From assembly GCA_013265495.1 (NCBI GenBank), contig MU059972.1, positions 761,915-825,914 on the forward strand: a stretch of 64,000 bases of DNA, written 5' to 3'. This DNA comes from Vicugna vicugna. Taxonomy: Eukaryota. Numbering within the stretch: position 1 is the stretch's first letter; every line of letters starts with the position of its first letter. The notes beneath the pieces were generated by a model, which saw only the letters and a list, made by a program, of their open reading frames with translations, searched no databases and was not told the DNA's origin. Position numbers and translations under genes: made by a program. Below, piece after piece: positions 58,376 through 64,000 of this stretch.

Positions 58376-61300
58376 CGGCCTGAAGGCCCGTTACAGAGGC
58401 GCCCAGCCCGCCTGCCACTCGAAGAAAACAAGGCTGGGTGTGACGTCTCCGGTCACACCTCCACACTGTCAGGCAGTCCCCTGACCTCCGCACCCTCATC
58501 CAGAATGAAGATACCTGCCAGGTTCCGTCCTCTCCCCAGCTCTGCCGGGCACTCACTCAGTCGCATGTTTTTGGGGCGCTGTCTGGGAACAGTACTGTGT
58601 CATGGGACCAGGGCCTGTGGATGTCCCCTCTCTCCAAAGGGGAACCGAGGCGCAGAGCAGGCTGAGCAGGACCTGACACGGTCTCCTGCCACCACGCAGA
58701 GGTGGCGGCAGCCTCCCTAGCACCGGGCGGGGTGCCCTGCCCCCCCAGCTCCTGCAGCCCTGGCGGGGGCGGGGCCCTGAAGGGCTCATGGCCTCTCCCT
58801 CTCATGGGCAGGCTGCCTCCCTCCAGCCAGTGACCCCGTCCCCGCCTGCCAGCCCAGGGTGGCCAGACGGCATTCCTCTCCAGGTGCCAGGAAGGGCCCT
58901 GGAGAGGGGGCGGGCTGCGACCAGGCTCTGGGCCATTGCACAAGCCAGACCAGACAGGCCAAGGGACTTAGGGTGCTGTGGGCTGGCTGAGTCACTGGGA
59001 GGGGGTCTGACTCAGCACCCCAACCTCATGTCCTGGGCCCAGAGCTGGGGCACAGACTCAGGCACGGGTCTGCCTGGGGCAGACGCCCGCATTTGATGAG
59101 GTGGCCGTCGCCCAAGGGGTGGCTCCCAGAAGGCACCGAGCTGCCCAGGAGCTCTTCGGATCCGGCTGCTCTGGGCCTGCCTTGAAGTGGACACTGCCTC
59201 CACTTGGGGGAGAAACAGGGTGTGGGGAAGGCAGGTCATTGTCCTTCCGGGGGCCCCCGGGTCACGCTGTTGGGCCGGATGCCATGCTTCAGGCCAGGTG
59301 TGGCAGGGGGTCCCACGAGCAGTCATCTCGCTGCTGCTTATAAATTGGGAAACCTACGCACCTGTTTCCTTCCAGGCCCCAAGGTAGCCGCCCGTCTGCA
59401 GGTCACGCCTGCCCGGGTGTGCCATCCCACAGGGCCTGCCCCTGCAGGCCTGCGGAGCCTGGCTTCTGCAGGCAATGCCAATGGTTTGGCCTGGGAGCCC
59501 CACTGGGAGGGCCACGGCTCTGCAGGGTGGGTTAGCTGTGTCTTGTCACAATTAAGAACTCTCAGGGGGAGGTGGGCTGCCGGCTGGAGGGCTCTGGGAG
59601 GGTCCAGTCTGTGCAGGGGGCCTGGGCCCTGTGTCACAGTGAGTCTTACCCCGGCCCCGGCCCGCTGTCGCCGCAGGACCTTTGCACTGGATGTTGCCTG
59701 TGGGACCTCAGGGGGCGGCCAGGTCAGGACCGTGCGAGCGGCGCCCGCCCTGCCAGCCCCCCGCCTTCTGTTTTGTGTCCAGACTCTCCCTGTGATCCTT
59801 TTAGTGCTTCCCACATAATCCTCAGACCGTGGGGACTGAGGGCAGACCGGGCTCCCTGCTCCTCCTGGCATCGGGGGCTTATGACCACGCCTGACACGCA
59901 CCTGGCCGGCCCTTGTGTGTGTGATGTGGGGCCTGTGGCAGGTGTGGACCCTCGCTGTGTCCTCTGCAGTAGAGCCACGGGGCCTGAGTGGCTCCAGGTG
60001 GGGCCGTGTTGAGGGTGAGGAGGCCCTCGTGTGGTGGTCAGCCTGGGGGGTTCTGAGTGAGGGAGGCTCTCAGCCTGAGAGCCAGGGGGCAGTGTAGGGA
60101 CAAGGCCTGTGTCCTGGCTCACAAGGGTCCCTGTGCAGCACAGCCTCGTCACCCCATCATTCCCAGGGCAGGGATGGGTCACTTCTCGGAACCCCCACAC
60201 TGTGGGATGGGGGCCGCCTCTGGAGCCCAGTCAGGTCAACGAGCCTGGAATTCGGGGCAGGAGTGGGAGTGGCCCCAGGTCACAAGCGTCCTTGTTTACC
60301 CAGAGCTTAGCCCCATTCCCTCTGGAAGAGGCTTCTGGAGTGCGCTGTCCACCCAGGACCAGGCTCCCTGCACTGCTCCGCATGACAGGGGTCAGGGTGT
60401 CACAGCCCCTTCAGGGTTAAGTGGCCTCTGCTTTCTGAGCCACACCTGCCCCTCACGCTCGAGAGAACCCCCACGGGCAGAAGCCCCTCACATGTCTGAC
60501 ATGGGTCCTCACGGTAACCCAGGCCGGGGGGACAGGGCCGGAGCTGCGGTGTCCACTTTCTGGATGAGAGACAGAGGGCCACTCTGGCCAGCCTCGGGCC
60601 TCCCCTGCCTCCCGCTGCCCCCTTCACAGAGGACCCCCTGTACTTGGATGGCCAGCGGGGCCCCTCCTGCCTGAGACGGCTGTGCCTGCAGCGGCTGTGT
60701 CCCCAGCAAGGATGTCGGTGCCAGCTCCCCGGCTGCACTGGGAACGTGGGAATGGTAACTTGTCGTCCCCCCGCCCACTACTGTCCTGTCACCACATCCC
60801 CAGACAGGCCATCTGTGGACACTCTGGTTGTTGAGGGCTGTCTGTCTGTCCCCTGGGTGTGAGGTGCTCCTCGGGGTGGAGTTGGTGAGCTAGGGGACAG
60901 GGTCCAGGGAAGAGCAGGTGGGACCCAGCTGAGTGGGGCTGGTGTGCGGAGGAACTGGTCAGGGCTGTCTCCAACGGGGCAGTGAGGCTGTGGGAGGCCC
61001 TGAGGTGCACATGGGCACCCCAGCTGGGCCCACCGTGCCTCAGGTTCCCCATGTGAAAAATGGCACAGAGCCCGGGGTCAGGCCGTGGCAGTGCCCGCCA
61101 GGGTGCAGGGAGGCCCTGTGTGTCCTGGTGCCAGTCACGCACAGTGGGGCCTGCCCCTTGTGGTCTAGGGGTGCCGCTCAGCTGGGAGCCCCTTTCCGTG
61201 AGGCTGGAGGGTGTCCCGCCCGTCCCTGGGCAGTGTTGGTGGCAGGGATCCAGGAGGAGGGCCTGCACAGGACTGACCTCTGTGAAGAGGCGTCCATGTG

Positions 61301-64000
61301 GCAGGAGGGCTCCCTGTGCTGGGCACTGGCCTTGGGGACACAGGCTGTCACCTGGCCCTCCAAGCAACCCTGGCTGTGGCCTGTGTCTCAGCCAGGCCCT
61401 GAGCTCTAGGTGACCTGCGGAGGGGTCCCCTTGTCAGACCACATCCCAGACAGGGTAGGTGGGGGCGTGTCCGTAACTACCCCTCACCTGCCAGCCCCCT
61501 CACCTGCCAGCCGGGACCAACCCTGCAGGTTTGAGGGAGGTCTCCTCCTGCTGGGGGGTGGGGGTGTCTCTGTGCAGGTCCCTCCCTGTGGAATGTGGGC
61601 CTGCCCCTGGCCTGGAATCCAGCCCTCTCCACTGAGGAGGGCGTGGTGGGGGCGGGAGCCCTGATCCTTGAGGGGTGGGGAGACAGAGGCCATAACGAAC
61701 AGTCCAGCTGCAAACAAAGGGCTGTGGGGTGGGGAGAGGTGCTCTTTTCTAGGGGAGCCCCAGGCCTGGCTCTGGGGGAGGGGCTGGCTGACAGCCTGGG
61801 AAGGGGGTTCCAGCAACGCTGAGGGTCTTCGGTGAAGGCTGTGCACTGGGGGAGGGGTCTGAGCAGCCTGGAGGGGAGAAGTGCAGAAGCACCCCGGCAC
61901 CCCTCTGTCTGCCTGCAGTGGGGGACCAAGAGATCAGCGCCTGACCCCTGGGAGCAGCTGTCTGAGCATCCCCACCCTGACCCCGGACCCCTGGCCGGGG
62001 CTCCCCTCGTCTGGGCTCCCCCGGCCCGGGCTCCCCCCGCATGGGCAGTGCTGGTTGAGAGCTTGGGCTGAGGTGTTCGAGCCCCCTGTGCTTCATCTGC
62101 TGGTCACCTTGGGGAGCCGTCTCCCCCATCTGAAACGGGCCCAGGGGTGCCAGCCTGGGCTCATGTGGGACTTTCCCGGGCAATGCTGGCGCACCTTGGG
62201 AGATGCTGGGCTGTGGTTCAGTCCCTTTTCCTGGTGTCCTGTTCATGGCAGCCGCCAGGCCCCCTTGGCCCTGGGCAGTCACCGTAGCCTCACGGAGCTA
62301 GCACTGCAGGGAGGGGCCCCGCCCTATGTAGGTCAGGTGAGTTGTCAAGCCAGGTTTCCTGGACACCATGCCGATTAAACCTGGACACCGTGCTAATTAA
62401 GCTCTCTGCCAGCACCGTGGTGCCCTGGGCTTCTTGGCCAGGGTCCGAGTAGGTAACACGGTGTCCCTTGGCCCCTCCTACCCGTGGGGCTCCGCGCTCC
62501 ATCCCGTGTCTCCCGGGAGCCTACGTCCTTGTCTCTGGCCTCCGTTCTCCCACGACCTCAGTCTCTCTCCTGCAGGAGGAAGGGGTGCCTTTGAAGGTCG
62601 CTGAGGATTAGAGAGCTTTCGGACTGCGGTGCCCTCTCCACGCCACGTAGTCTGTGCTGGCCCAGGAGGGCCGGGGACCAGCTGTTCCTTCCTGCGCCCT
62701 CACCCTCCTCTGCCCTTAGTGCTGGGCAGGAGCAGGCCCACCACGACCCCCTGCGGGCTGTCCAGTGTCTGTCCAGTGAGGGGACCCCCTCCCCAGAGGG
62801 GGTGCCTGGGGCAGTGGTGCTGCGGCTGGGACAGGGTCTGGGGCAAGGTCTGGGGCATGTGCCACACGCAGGTGAGGGCAGGTGGCAGTGATCGAGCGGA
62901 GGCCGGCTGGTGGGCCTGGTGCCTGAGGCTGTGGGGGGTTCTGGGCGGGCTGCGGCCCCTCAGCTCCCGCCCACCTTCTACGGGCTCAGGGCCCCAGGGT
63001 GCCAGGCCGCACTGCCCTGCTGGCCCCAACCGCAGCTCTTGTCCCCAGAGGGTGGGGGCCGTGCAGGGTGGACCAGCTCCCCCTGTGCCCTCGGCCGGCC
63101 TCCCCAGCCTTCCTCTTCCAGAAAGCGTGTCTCATCTAACCCTGATCACCTCTGGGTCTGGGTCCGGTCTCTGTACCCTGCCTCGGGGGGCATGGCAGGT
63201 GTGGCCCCCTGGGACGGATGGACAGCGGGGGACGGTGAGTGCCGCTGGGCCGCCCCGCTGCCACGACTGTCTCGCCTCTTCCTCCTCTGCGCACCCCACC
63301 CGCGCGCTGGCAGCAGCAAACAGGGAAGTGTTTATAGGTTTCTCCTCCAAGCCAAATAAGGCAGAGCGAACAAGCTGGCCGGAGATGCAGCCACTGGGGT
63401 CGGGCGGTCAGAGCTCAGATGGGACCCCTGCCCTGGCAGCCGCCCTGTCCTGGCAGCTTTCCCCTGGGGACCCTGAGCCTCTTGCCCCTGTCCTGCCCAG
63501 AGGAGCTTCACGCAGCTGGTGGTAGGGCAGGCCTGGGGTGCCCGCCGGGTCAGAGACCCTGGGTCTGGTTCCGAGCTGCCATGTGTCCTGGGGACCCAGA
63601 TGACTCACATCCTTCCCGGCCTCCGGCCCTTCTGTAAACGGGAAGCCTGGGCCCGGCAACCCGACGCCGTCTGTGCACCCCGCAGCTTACCTCGTGGTCG
63701 GTTCACTTGTTAACAGCCCTGTGATGCGTGAGAACCTTCTCCTTGTGAGAAAGGAGACCTCACAGCAGTGGCCGGGGGCCCTCCCGCCCTGACTCTGCTT
63801 GGTGTACGTCTGTCGGGCCTTTTTAGCGTCCACACGCACTGTGTCTGTTCTCACTTGAGTTTTGTACCAGAGGAATTGTCACGTGGCAGGTGGCGTCTGC
63901 GCTGCATGTCCTGCAGGTTGGTTCGCGGTACTGGGCACCGTCTCCACGGCAACAACTCCCTGGGGGGAGAAACAGAGGCGCAGGGAGGCCCCATCTCCCC

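Noticed and set aside
43588-64000. Search for PIEZO1 exon 2 (CLLRFS...LVYLLFLLLLPW) and for nested genes or miRNAs in intron 1
   Set aside because: No such exon is visible, so it lies beyond the window. The many short ORFs here have no recognisable homology, and no hairpin stood out.

Overview
Mammalian genomic DNA, very GC-rich, with no prokaryotic features. It holds the conserved TRAPPC2L-GALNS-APRT-CDT1-PIEZO1 block (human 16q24.3 synteny, shown in reverse orientation). TRAPPC2L (minus; coding exons 1-4, last exon outside the window) is head-to-head with a complete 14-exon GALNS (plus, 522 aa). A complete 5-exon APRT (plus, 180 aa) follows, convergent with a complete 10-exon CDT1 (minus, about 537 aa). 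PIEZO1 exon 1 and the first 20 kb of its intron 1 (plus) close the window. The proteins look artiodactyl-like and I saw no pig, ruminant or whale SINEs, so a camelid is a guess, not a result. Repeats are old fossils (MLT1/MLT2 LTRs, L1, L2, MIR, a Charlie-like hAT split by L1 inserts). I see no wholly new gene or system. The best second-look items are: a U12-type TRAPPC2L intron with a possible in-frame U2 alternative, two GC-AG introns, a strong-Kozak uORF in the PIEZO1 leader, apparent loss of CDT1 regulatory motifs, a palindrome/octamer-rich candidate enhancer in GALNS intron 11, and ARE and FOX:ETS motifs in PIEZO1 intron 1. All orthologue and repeat comparisons are from memory and need alignment to confirm.
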